Assembly: GCA_022226935.1 (NCBI GenBank)
Contig: CP092081.1
Coordinates: 3,471,547-3,535,546 of the forward strand
Direction of reading: 5' to 3'
Origin: Nitrospira sp.
GTDB taxonomy: Bacteria; Nitrospirota; Nitrospiria; Nitrospirales; Nitrospiraceae
DNA: 64,000 nucleotides
A program made the position numbers and the translations under genes. The notes below the pieces were generated by a model. The model ran no database searches. It saw only the letters and a list, made by a program, of their open reading frames with translations, and had not been told where the DNA came from. The number at the start of each line of letters is the position of its first letter. The first letter of the stretch is position 1. Positions 48,201 to 57,219 of this stretch are shown here, piece after piece.

Positions 48201-49205
48201 GTCCTCCGCCCGGCGCTGCATCGCACCGAGCAGGACTTTTCGCGCCTCTGTCATGCGCTGCGTTCGTACTGGGTGACGACCCCGCCGGGGATGCAGGAAT
48301 CTTTCCTCGGTGAAACGGACGACCTGAAAGACCTTGAGCGGCTCTTGCGGGACGATCCGGACCTCCTGCGCTACGACGTGGAAATCTATCCGGAGCTCTG
48401 TTCCGTCTTCGGCTTGGATCCCGGCAGCCTCGCGCTCAATCCTCGCGCCGCGCTGCATACGTGCAACCTGCAAATCCAACTCATGGAGCAGGTCTATCTC
48501 GCGGTGAAGTTGGAAGAATTCCACGGCCATGCGCTCAATCGCGGATGGATGAACCTGTTTCGGCGCTGGACCTCCTCAGCTACGTTCCGGATGTTTTGGC
48601 CCACCGTGTGCAGTATGTACAGTCAACCATTCGTTCGATTCGCGGGCCAACATTTCAATCTCTCGATCGACCAGGTCGCGGTGCTGCAACCGTTGGAACA
48701 GACCGGCGACCTGACTTCATTGTTCCGGGAGCTGTTGATCGAATGGGCATCCGTGCCCGACTATGCGGAGACGTTCAGGCAAGCCCTGAAGCGGCCGTTG
48801 CCGTTGGAAGAGGTCACCGATGGCCCGCCACCGCAACTGGCGGCGTGGCAGATGCGGTTGCCGGCCATCGACTCTCAGGCCGGACCGGTCGGCGCCGGTG
48901 AAATTCTGGCCGTCGTCGCCGTGACGAGGCTCTCCGTGACCGGACACCGGCTCGCTTTATATGGTTGGGTTCGTCCCGCTTATCGGGGGTTGGGCCTCGG
49001 GCACCGTCTGTTCGGCAAGGCCATTGACGAACTGATAGCCGCCTATCCCGGCCACAATCTGATCGTCGACTTGGGCCCGGACGATGCGGCCTGGGCGGGC
49101 ACATCCATTCGCAACGTCGGATGGCTCCGGTTTTATGAACAATTGGGATTTACGCGGGATCGTTCGGACCCGATGCGCTTTCAGATGATTCGCGAACTGT
49201 CGTAA
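45204..49205 (+). CDS. Patatin/cPLA2-like phospholipase with multi-TM insertion and C-terminal GNAT domain
   Basis: GLCLSGGGIRSATF, YLSTVSGGGY (Ser), YLSDGGHFENLG (Asp), many TM helices between them, and C-terminal VRPAYRGLGLG..RFYEQLGF. Confidence 0.85.
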   Translation: MTSPSPQKDTFLTLANILGEETELLHGPFSEDHPLKVLERAPSTEGSDKRYLDALNRHIHACHPKRAGLCLSGGGIRSATFGLGVLQSLARLQLLDKFDYLSTVSGGGYIGSWLTAWIHRHPRGLAGVIEDLNRTSKAGSDEASLPVRWLRNYSNYLSPHLGFFSADSWTLLGIYLRNLHLNWMVLLPLLMMPLLAPRWIIALAQLNAPNTSPPCMAPSSLLVIGIGLAVMALIYLHLCRPTLREYRRDTWWQTLESQRWFLMTCLCPLILSVLCLTTAWAWFRNGGGKPDVFTLDHAVFGGAIVHTGSWLFSAVVLKRFKTFTRWLLWETLAVAATGALGGWFLRAALIKTADQLTVTSHAEWFTTLAVPGVLAIFLLTATIFIGLASRFTEEQDREWWGRTGSWVLIAMVMWSGLCAIVIFGPGLMYWMTPKVAASVGGLSGLLTLFLGFSSKTTAQEQEERSRMTILSDVAVKAAAPIFMLCVFIALSLGTSWELDLLAQQYGKAPLGSHTASQEAEDTGWTNPWAHERVLHHTPMWLLFRFTVTVALLGLLMSWLININRFSLHAMYRNRLIRAYLGASRRQAERERTFNPFTGFDNLDNPAMGDVRFDDVRLARWMFDKEFSADTRALLNAFHARPTSSPAELDALMARLSQELSDAVARKTLGRIADDLRIGPACRLKVAALQQPETAGGRVAATWFTMLFVNQLHRQAPRPFHLINIALNLVKGDNLAWQQRKAQSFTISALHSGSWNLGYRRSEEYGANRYLDQGLSLGTALAISGAAASPNMGYHSSSAVTFLLALFNIRLGWWLGNPGPAGADTYRRASPSVSIQPLLAETFGLTDSCHPYVYLSDGGHFENLGLYEMVLRRCHCILVVDAGCDPRLTFEDLGNAIRKIRIDLGIDIELNLDQIKRAEGAKTSNRHHAIGTIRYDKVDDNATAGTLIYLKPSLTGNEPSDVQDYAARHSAFPHEPTSDQFFDEAQFESYRRLGEHVAQEVLRPALHRTEQDFSRLCHALRSYWVTTPPGMQESFLGETDDLKDLERLLRDDPDLLRYDVEIYPELCSVFGLDPGSLALNPRAALHTCNLQIQLMEQVYLAVKLEEFHGHALNRGWMNLFRRWTSSATFRMFWPTVCSMYSQPFVRFAGQHFNLSIDQVAVLQPLEQTGDLTSLFRELLIEWASVPDYAETFRQALKRPLPLEEVTDGPPPQLAAWQMRLPAIDSQAGPVGAGEILAVVAVTRLSVTGHRLALYGWVRPAYRGLGLGHRLFGKAIDELIAAYPGHNLIVDLGPDDAAWAGTSIRNVGWLRFYEQLGFTRDRSDPMRFQMIRELS

Positions 49206-49240
49206 GACGAGGGCGGGGCGACGGATGGGTCAGCCGAGGT

Positions 49241-49624
49241 TTAAGCGGAAGGCTGCTGTGCCGATGAGAGCAATGTTTGAACTTGTTGAAGCAACATCTC
49301 GCGACTAAAAGGCTTCTCCAGCACTCCATGCGCGCCGAATGCCGTCGCAATCTTGAGGATATCGCATCCTTGCAGCGGTTGACCGGAAATACCCAGAATT
49401 TTCACGGGCGATTGCGCATTCTGTAACATCAGGATTGTTTCGAGACCATCCTGCACCGGCAAATACATATCCAAAATCATCAGATCAGGAGCGTCACGCT
49501 CGATGGCCGCCATCGCCTCCCGGCCGTCCGCAGCCTGGATCACACGATACCCTTCCGCCTCCAAGACAGCCCGTAACCACCCGCAAATTTGCTGGTTGTC
49601 ATCCGCGATCAAGATCAGCGGCAT
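49241..49624 (-). CDS. Single-domain response regulator (REC)
   Basis: MPLILIADD..DLMILDMYLP..GVLEKPF. Start ATG 49624 behind AGGAGG (track ORF is over-extended). Confidence 0.9.
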   Translation of the reverse strand: MPLILIADDNQQICGWLRAVLEAEGYRVIQAADGREAMAAIERDAPDLMILDMYLPVQDGLETILMLQNAQSPVKILGISGQPLQGCDILKIATAFGAHGVLEKPFSREMLLQQVQTLLSSAQQPSA

Positions 49625-49643
49625 TGCAGGGTCCTCCTTGCTG

Positions 49644-50324
49644 TCACACATAGTGGCCGGAAGACATGGACCGGCTCGGCAAAGCCCTGGCGTAAAGTGT
49701 CGCCGCCTGCGTCCGCCTCGTGATCCCCAGTTTGGAAAAAATATTGGCCAGGTAGTTCTTGACGGTTTTAGCGGAAAGGTCGAGGGCAGAGGCAATTTCC
49801 TTGTTCGTTTTACCTTCAGCGACCAGGGGCAATAAGCGGTATTCCTGCGGAGAAAGAGAGGCCAAAGACTTAGACGAGAGGCCATTCCCCATCTCGTGCA
49901 CTTCTTTTAAGACCACGCCGAACAAGTGCGGTTGAATCGAGACGTCGCCGGACGCCACTCTGCGCATCGCAGCCAGCCACGTACCCACCGGCGCATCCTT
50001 CAGCAGATACCCGCGTGCGCCTGCGGCAACAGCCTCTTGGACAACAGCGGGATCGTCCTGAATACTCAGCATGAGCACCCGCCGCGCAGGATCGCGAGCG
50101 ATCAACTTCCGGCAAGCCTCCACGCCAGAGAGATCCGGCAGACGGCTATCCAATAACACCAGGTCGGGGATTACCTGCTCGACGACCTCAATCCCTTCGA
50201 CGGCCGACATTGCTTCGCCTACGATACGAAAATCCGTCGCCGCGAGAAGCTGTTCCCGAATCCCGAGACGCACCATCCGGCTATCATCGATCAAGACAAT
50301 GCGAAAGAACGACTGCCGCTCCAT
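49644..50324 (-). CDS. NarL/DevR-family response regulator
   Basis: IVLIDD, DLVLLD, GYLLKD and LuxR HTH GKTNKEIA..TVKNY. Confidence 0.93.
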   Translation of the reverse strand: MERQSFFRIVLIDDSRMVRLGIREQLLAATDFRIVGEAMSAVEGIEVVEQVIPDLVLLDSRLPDLSGVEACRKLIARDPARRVLMLSIQDDPAVVQEAVAAGARGYLLKDAPVGTWLAAMRRVASGDVSIQPHLFGVVLKEVHEMGNGLSSKSLASLSPQEYRLLPLVAEGKTNKEIASALDLSAKTVKNYLANIFSKLGITRRTQAATLYARALPSRSMSSGHYV

Positions 50325-50483
50325 GTATCCCCCGTCGACACACAAATGAAACCTTGACGGGGTACTAGTTTCGGCGGATTGCAGGTGTAGGAATATAGGC
50401 AGGAGGTGGATTTACACGTCAGTATTCCGCTGACGCAACCTCAGTAGGTACTTTAAGAGCCGGAGGCAAAGAGGAAGGAAAGT

Positions 50484-51122
50484 CTAGTCTATTAATCGCG
50501 CTTCGATGGCGTAGCGGATCAACTCGCCGGTACTCTCGCAAGACAGCTTTTCCAGGATTCTCGCGCGGTAGGTGCTGATCGTTTTCACGCTGAGGCAGAG
50601 TTCTTCCCCGATCATCGAGACCGATTTGCCCTGGCCCAGCAACCGAAGGACTTGCAGCTCACGATCTGAGAGCCTCGCATGGAGCTCCCCTTCCGTGCCG
50701 GTTTCAAAGGCCTGCGCCAACTGCTCGGCAAGGGCCGAGGTGATATACCGGCCACCTTGCAACACGCGGCTCACCGCCGCCAGCAACTCAGAGGGGGCGC
50801 TTTGCTTCGTGAGATAGCCGGAGGCCCCGGCCCTGATCGCCCGCATCGCGAACTCTTTTTCCGGATAGAGACTCAACATCAGCACCGGCAACCGGGGTTG
50901 CAGTAACTTGGCCTCCTTCAAGACATCCAGACCGTGCTTGTCGGGCAGGGCAATATCGAGGATCATCAAGTCCCAGGGCTGACGGCGCACGGCGGCCAGC
51001 GCCTCCTCTCCGGTCTCGGCCTCCAGAATTTCCGAACAGAGCTGCTCATCCTCCAGTAAATCGCGCACGCCTCTGCGTACGACCGGATGGTCATCTGCAA
51101 TCAGACAACGACATTTATTCAT
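50484..51122 (-). CDS. NarL/UvrY-family response regulator
   Basis: LIADDHPVVRRG, DLMILDIALP, GYLTKQSAP, LSVKTISTYRARILEK. Start overlaps the kinase stop. Confidence 0.93.
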   Translation of the reverse strand: MNKCRCLIADDHPVVRRGVRDLLEDEQLCSEILEAETGEEALAAVRRQPWDLMILDIALPDKHGLDVLKEAKLLQPRLPVLMLSLYPEKEFAMRAIRAGASGYLTKQSAPSELLAAVSRVLQGGRYITSALAEQLAQAFETGTEGELHARLSDRELQVLRLLGQGKSVSMIGEELCLSVKTISTYRARILEKLSCESTGELIRYAIEARLID

Positions 51123-54100
51123 CAACTGCTTTCCTCCGCCGTCGACGCGCGGCCGTCGCTTCACGATGTGTGTCACGCGCTGGCTCCGGCTCCGAACTCG
51201 CCGGAATCACCACCTGGACCCATGTTCCTGTCTCAGAACTGGACAGGATCTCGACCTGCCCACCCAGTATTTCCACCCGCTCCCGTATGCCTCGCAAACC
51301 GAAGCCTCCGGTCGGAGCCAGTCCCGCCACATCGAACCCGATGCCATCATCCTTCACCGTCATCCGCCAGTCCTGCGGGCCGCTCGTAATGGCGATGGCG
51401 ACGTTCGTCGCGCGCGCATGACGGATGACATTGGTCAGCAATTCCTGAACAATGCGGTAGAACGCGGTTTCCAGTGTGGGACAGCGGGACGGCCGGCGCT
51501 CCCCTTGCTCGAACACCAGCGTGCACCGTAACCCGGTACGCGCCTGCACGTCCGCGATCAAGGCCTCTAACCCGGCCTTCAGGCCTAACTCTTCCAAAAC
51601 AGGCGGCCGGAGAGCGCGAACGATCTGACGCAGGCGCACAAACAGGAGATCCGTCGTTTCCAACGCGCGGACCAATCGCTCCTGGCTTCGTGGGCCCAAC
51701 GTTTTAGGACGCGCCGCGACGCTCCGCTTGACGGACGCCAGATCGAACTTGAGAGAGGTCAACAATTGCCCCAGTTCGTCATGCAATTCGCGAGAGAGAC
51801 GGCGGCGTTCGTTGGATTCGACCATCTGCAGTTCCTGCGACATGGCCTGAAAGCGTCGGTAGGCCTCTTCGAGCGACGCATAGGCGCGCTTGGGCCCCGT
51901 GACATCGATCATGGCGCCGATCATTCGGATCGCCGTTCCTTTTTCATTCCTCACGATATGAGCTCGATCCAGAAAATGACCGTACGTGCCGTCGCCGAGC
52001 AGGAAGCGGTACTCCGCGGCGAGCGTCTGCACATCCGACTCGATGGCTTGTTGCACCATGGTGAGAATAGAAGCCTTATCTTCGGGGTGTAATCGCACGG
52101 TCCAGGCATCGATGCTCGGTTCACGCTGGGGATCGTAGCCGAACTTTCCGCAGGCATTGGGACTCCACCAGTGTTCGTTCGTCACGAGATCCCAGTCCCA
52201 TAACACGTCGTTCGTGGCCTGAGCCACGAGTCGAAACCGTTCCTCGCTGAACCGCAGCCGCAGCTCGGTGCGCTGTCGCTCCGTCATGTCGCGAACCGTG
52301 GCGAAGTTATACTCCCGCCCTTCGAACACCACGAAGTTCGCCACGACCTCCACAGGGTAGATCTCTCCCGATTTGGATCGGTGTTGCGTTTCCAAGCGCT
52401 GGCGGCCGGTCTCTCGTAGAGCCTGCCAGTGACGGCCCCATAGCTCCATCTGATAATTGGGGTCGATATCCGGCACGGCCAGGCGAAGCAATTCGTCTTT
52501 GGTGTAGCCCATCCGTTCACAGGCCGCCGCGTTCACCAGCAGCAGGCGCGCCGCCTCATCGATCCAGAAGACCATATCGCCCGCCCGTTCAAGGGCAAAT
52601 TGCGTCAAATGCAACTGCGCTTCCGCTCGCTTCCGATCGGTGATATCCCGCATGAACGCGCAATAGTATTCCCGTCCCTCGTGAACCAGAAAATTGATGG
52701 TCGTGTCGGTTTGGATCACGGTGCCGTCTTTTTTCTGATGCCGGGATTCATACGAGAAGGATTTTGTGACTTTCAGATGCTGCCATCGGGACCGCCAATT
52801 CTCACGCGTGAAATTCGTATCGATGTCGTGGACCGTCTTGGCTAGGAGCTCATCGCGGCTATAGCCCAACATGGCGCAGGCCGCTTCGTTGACGTCGAGG
52901 ATACGTGCCTCCGCACTCACCAGAAAGACGGCGTCCACTGCCTGCTGAATAGAGAACTGCGTAAGGCGCAGCGCGCTCTCCGTCCGCTTCCGTTCGATGG
53001 CAAGGCAGGCGAGATGTGAGGCGCGAGCGACTATGGGCGCTTCTTCAGTCGGCTGGCGAGGAGTCTGGTTGTAGATGGCGAACGTGCCCAGAATCTTGCC
53101 TGTTGCCGAGATGATCGGGGTCGAGCAACAGGCCCGTAATCCATGCGCCAGAGCGAGCTCGCGAAACTCCGCCCAGTACGGATGACTTGCGATATCCGTC
53201 ACCACCACCTGCTGCCCCGTAAATGCCGCCGTGCCGCAGGATCCGCAGGCGGGACCGATGGCTATCCCGTCCAACGCCCGGGCATAGGACTCGGGAAGGC
53301 TGGGGCCGGCGCCATGGCGCAAACGGGCTTCATCGTCGTCCAGCAACAACACCGAGCAGAGCACGCCATTGGACACCCCTTCAATCATCCGGCAAATTTC
53401 TTCCAGCACCGCCGACAAGGGCGCATCCGATCCCATCATCTCCAACACGCGTGTTTCCGAGGCGAGCATCTGCTCGACCTTCTTGCGCTCGGTAATGTCT
53501 CGTCCCACGCCCGTAACCCCGATCACGCGTCCCTGCAAATCCCGATAGGGTGCGCCGGTCCAATGGTAGAGCATGGTCCGGCCGTCCTTCGCCAACAGAT
53601 GGCCTTCCAGCTCCGCATAGCCCCGTTCGTAGGCCTCCAGTATGGCGGCCGCCGTTTTCTCGGCTTCTTCGGCCGGCACCATTTCCAGTGCCGGCTTTCC
53701 TTGTAGTTCCTCCGGGGTATAACCCGTCACCGTTTCCAGTCGCAGGTTCCATTTGGACACCCGTGCCTCCAGGTCCAACGCAAAAATCACGTCGGGAACG
53801 GTCTCCATGATCGTCTGAAGATTGCTGAGCGCTTCATCACGCTCCCGTTCAGACTGCTTGCGCGCGCTGATGTCGGTGATGGTTCCGACCATGCGCGACG
53901 GCCGGCCATCCTGCGCTCTGGCAACGACTTTCCCCCGATTGAGATACCAGCGAAACTCGCCGGATTTCTGTCGCAGGCGCACTTCGATTTCTTGCACGGG
54001 AATAAGACCGTCCACATGGGCCTGCAGAATGTCCCCGGTGCGCGTGACATCGTCAGGATGAACCAGCGCCAGAAAAAAGGCGCGGGTGGGCATGATCTCT

Positions 54101-57075
54101 TCGGGCTGATACCCGAGTAGTCGAATCCACTGCGGGCTGTAGTACACCTCATCGGTCTGCATGTTCCAGTCCCACATGCCGTCGTTGATTGCCTCGACGA
54201 CGAAGTGGAACCGCTCTTCACTAGCCCGCAGCGCGCGCTCGGCCGATTTGCGTTCGGTGATGTCCCGCACGAAGGCGAAGTGGCATTCGGCTCCGTTGTA
54301 GCGGATAAAGTTCACATTGACTTCGATCGGAATCAGACGGCCATCTTTGGTGCGATGACAACTCTCAAACGAGACTCTGCCTCGCTCCCTGGTTTCCGCC
54401 CAAAAGGTTTGCCACGCTTCCGCCTGGAAATCCGGATTGATATCGTGAACTTTCATCCGGCGAAACTCTTCTTTCGAATAACCCAGCATGGAACAAGCGG
54501 AATCGTTGACATCCAGCAAGTCCGCATTGGCCCCAACCCAATAAATGGCCTCTGTCGCACTATCAACCGTGTACTTGGCCAGCTGAAGCGCCTCTTCCGC
54601 CCGCTTCCGTTCGGTGATGTCCTGGACCATGGCCAGGGTATACAACGGCGTGCCGGCCTCGTCGCGTATGACGGAGACCCCCACCTGTGCCCACACGACG
54701 CGGCCGTCTTTCCTGAGGTATCGCTTCTCGAATACGTCGTACACACGCGTTCCGGACAGTAAGGTCTGAATGCGACTGAGATTCTGCCCCAGATCGTCCG
54801 GATGCGTGAGCGATTGAAACGTGCGGGTCAGGAGTTCCTGCTCTGAATAACCGAGAATCTTGCAAAGCGCCTGATTGACCTCCTGAATGCGGCCGCCCAC
54901 GTCTGCAATGGACATCCCCACCGCCGCGTTGCGGTAGGCGGCACGGAATCGTTCTTCGCTGGCACGCCGTGCCTGTTCCGCCTGCTTGCTATCGGTGATG
55001 TCCTTCACATAAGCCACGCGTGAGACCGGCACTCCTGAGGCATCCCTGATGAGCATGACCTCAACCAGGACCGGGAAGAGGCTGCCATCCTTGCGCCGGT
55101 GAATGGACTCGAACGTCAAGCCGCCGGTTTCATGAATGCGACGGATTCGCTCCAACAACGCCGCATGTTCCTGAGGGGGGTACACGGAGAAGATCGGTTG
55201 GCCGACCAATTCTTCGACGGTATACCCGCATTGACGGGCGAACGCAGGGTTCACGGCCAGAAAGGTATTGGTCGCCAAATCCGCATGGGCCAGGCCGAGC
55301 TGGGCCTGGTCGAACACCTGCTGCCAACGTCGCGCGGCGTCTTCGGCCTGCTTGCGCTCGGTAATGTCCGTGGTCGCTCCGACCATACGATAGGCGCGGC
55401 CCTGCTCATCCCACAACGCCTGCGCGCGTGTCTGAACCCATCGGTACGTTCCATCCTTATGGAGGACCCGGCATTGCACGTCATAGGGCGTGCGGCGCGC
55501 AAAATGTGTCCGGATGTCATCCTTCACGCGCTGTAAGTCGTCGGGATGCACCCGGTTGAAGAACGAGGACTCATGATCAGGCAGTTCATCCTCGGCAAAT
55601 CCCAATAAGGCCTTCGAGCGAGCAGACAGCACCGCCTGTCCGGTGATCACGTTCCAATCCCAGATGCCGTCGGAGGACCCTCGTAGCGCCAGGGCATACC
55701 GCTCCTCGCTCTCCTTGAGCTGTTGCTCTGCGAGGTGGCGCCCCAATTCACTGCCGGCGCGGCCTGCGGCCACCCGCAGCAATGCTTCGGCGCGCTCGGC
55801 GTCCTGCAACGGAGTGCGGCCGAGCATCGCGATCCACCCGACGGGCACCCCCGTCGGTGAAGGCAGCGTCAGAGCCATGTACGACTCGATCGAAAGGTCG
55901 CGCAGCGCTTTGTCCTTGGGAAACAAGGCCTGCACGCTGGCCGGGAAATGACAAAACTCTTCGCGGAGCACATGCTCGCAGGGTGTCCCTGCCAGATCGT
56001 AGCCGATCGTCTCAAGAGACCCCTCCGGTCCCCACCCTGCCACAGACTCCGCGCGCGCGCCTCCCGGCAGCACCCGCAGACAGAATCCGTAGTCCGCGCC
56101 GATCGTCTCTGCCAGGTTCTCCACGAGCTCCTGAAGGAAAGCCGTGCCTGTGAGCCTGGTGGTCGGCGCCATCAGGCTCAACACCTCTTCATTTCGTTTT
56201 TGCGTCGTGAGATCCCGCACCGAGACGATCCCGCCGATCCAGTCTCCCTGGAACGAGCGCGGCGCATGATTCCAGCGTACCTGTAACAAGGAGCCGGCGG
56301 CGCTCACAAACACATCGTCCTGTCCACGCAGCGAGGTGTCGCTGAGGCAGGCCTTTGCAAGCCGGCACGATCCGGCCTGATGATCGCACGCTCCCTGCTG
56401 ATGACGGTGCACGCACTCATGCAATGACCGCCCCATGAGGTCGGATGTTGGAACACCCAGAAGCTCCTCTGCCGCCCGATTGGTTTGAAGAATCCGACCG
56501 TCGCGATCGATGACGAAGGCCGCCTCGGTCAGGGCCGCCACCTGATCGTCGATGGGCAGGGCTTCGACGAATGCCTGCTCGGCCCTCAACAGACGCAGTT
56601 CCAAGAGCGCCGCGGTCTGACGCGCCAATCGTCGAATGGTCAGGCAGTCTTCCTCGGTCGCCGCCCGCGGAATCGAATCCATTACGGCGATGGTCCCCAC
56701 CGCATATCCATCGTGGGTCACGATGGGCGCGCCACAATAAAATCTGACATGCGGAGAGGTCCGGACCAAGGTATGGGCTGAGAAACGCCTATCGGCGGCG
56801 GCATCCTCTACCACGACCGGATCGGTTCCCTGAACGGTACAGGAGCACAGCCCGCAGGCCCGGTCGGTGTGAGTAATGTCCAAGCCGACTGCGGCTTTTA
56901 CCCACTGCCGGTCTTGGTCGATGAAGGTGATAGCGGCGATGGGAGTCTTAAAGATCGAGGCGGCAAGTTGCACCAGCTCGTCGAAGTCGGCTTCTGGTGG
57001 AGAATCGAGAATGCGGTAGCGGCACAGCGCCCCTACACGCGCGGTTTCATCGGAAGGCAGCGTATGCGTCCCCAT
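51115..57075 (-). CDS. Very large cytoplasmic sensor kinase (3 GAF, ~10 PAS, HisKA_3, HATPase)
   Basis: 1986 aa; ERRRLSRELHDELGQ, FYRIVQELLTNVIRHA, DDGIGF, GFGLRGIRER. No obvious TM. Confidence 0.93.
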   Translation of the reverse strand: MGTHTLPSDETARVGALCRYRILDSPPEADFDELVQLAASIFKTPIAAITFIDQDRQWVKAAVGLDITHTDRACGLCSCTVQGTDPVVVEDAAADRRFSAHTLVRTSPHVRFYCGAPIVTHDGYAVGTIAVMDSIPRAATEEDCLTIRRLARQTAALLELRLLRAEQAFVEALPIDDQVAALTEAAFVIDRDGRILQTNRAAEELLGVPTSDLMGRSLHECVHRHQQGACDHQAGSCRLAKACLSDTSLRGQDDVFVSAAGSLLQVRWNHAPRSFQGDWIGGIVSVRDLTTQKRNEEVLSLMAPTTRLTGTAFLQELVENLAETIGADYGFCLRVLPGGARAESVAGWGPEGSLETIGYDLAGTPCEHVLREEFCHFPASVQALFPKDKALRDLSIESYMALTLPSPTGVPVGWIAMLGRTPLQDAERAEALLRVAAGRAGSELGRHLAEQQLKESEERYALALRGSSDGIWDWNVITGQAVLSARSKALLGFAEDELPDHESSFFNRVHPDDLQRVKDDIRTHFARRTPYDVQCRVLHKDGTYRWVQTRAQALWDEQGRAYRMVGATTDITERKQAEDAARRWQQVFDQAQLGLAHADLATNTFLAVNPAFARQCGYTVEELVGQPIFSVYPPQEHAALLERIRRIHETGGLTFESIHRRKDGSLFPVLVEVMLIRDASGVPVSRVAYVKDITDSKQAEQARRASEERFRAAYRNAAVGMSIADVGGRIQEVNQALCKILGYSEQELLTRTFQSLTHPDDLGQNLSRIQTLLSGTRVYDVFEKRYLRKDGRVVWAQVGVSVIRDEAGTPLYTLAMVQDITERKRAEEALQLAKYTVDSATEAIYWVGANADLLDVNDSACSMLGYSKEEFRRMKVHDINPDFQAEAWQTFWAETRERGRVSFESCHRTKDGRLIPIEVNVNFIRYNGAECHFAFVRDITERKSAERALRASEERFHFVVEAINDGMWDWNMQTDEVYYSPQWIRLLGYQPEEIMPTRAFFLALVHPDDVTRTGDILQAHVDGLIPVQEIEVRLRQKSGEFRWYLNRGKVVARAQDGRPSRMVGTITDISARKQSERERDEALSNLQTIMETVPDVIFALDLEARVSKWNLRLETVTGYTPEELQGKPALEMVPAEEAEKTAAAILEAYERGYAELEGHLLAKDGRTMLYHWTGAPYRDLQGRVIGVTGVGRDITERKKVEQMLASETRVLEMMGSDAPLSAVLEEICRMIEGVSNGVLCSVLLLDDDEARLRHGAGPSLPESYARALDGIAIGPACGSCGTAAFTGQQVVVTDIASHPYWAEFRELALAHGLRACCSTPIISATGKILGTFAIYNQTPRQPTEEAPIVARASHLACLAIERKRTESALRLTQFSIQQAVDAVFLVSAEARILDVNEAACAMLGYSRDELLAKTVHDIDTNFTRENWRSRWQHLKVTKSFSYESRHQKKDGTVIQTDTTINFLVHEGREYYCAFMRDITDRKRAEAQLHLTQFALERAGDMVFWIDEAARLLLVNAAACERMGYTKDELLRLAVPDIDPNYQMELWGRHWQALRETGRQRLETQHRSKSGEIYPVEVVANFVVFEGREYNFATVRDMTERQRTELRLRFSEERFRLVAQATNDVLWDWDLVTNEHWWSPNACGKFGYDPQREPSIDAWTVRLHPEDKASILTMVQQAIESDVQTLAAEYRFLLGDGTYGHFLDRAHIVRNEKGTAIRMIGAMIDVTGPKRAYASLEEAYRRFQAMSQELQMVESNERRRLSRELHDELGQLLTSLKFDLASVKRSVAARPKTLGPRSQERLVRALETTDLLFVRLRQIVRALRPPVLEELGLKAGLEALIADVQARTGLRCTLVFEQGERRPSRCPTLETAFYRIVQELLTNVIRHARATNVAIAITSGPQDWRMTVKDDGIGFDVAGLAPTGGFGLRGIRERVEILGGQVEILSSSETGTWVQVVIPASSEPEPARDTHREATAARRRRRKAVDE

Positions 57076-57219
57076 GCGCGAGCTCCCACGCGCGAGAGAA
57101 TGTAATGGTAGCAGTCACAACCGGGCCGAGTCATACCACAAATATCCACGATGAACTAGGGCCATATGGAAGGACGCCTCTGGTCGGCGCAGCAGCGGGC
57201 ACCGGAATGCGGACCTCGG

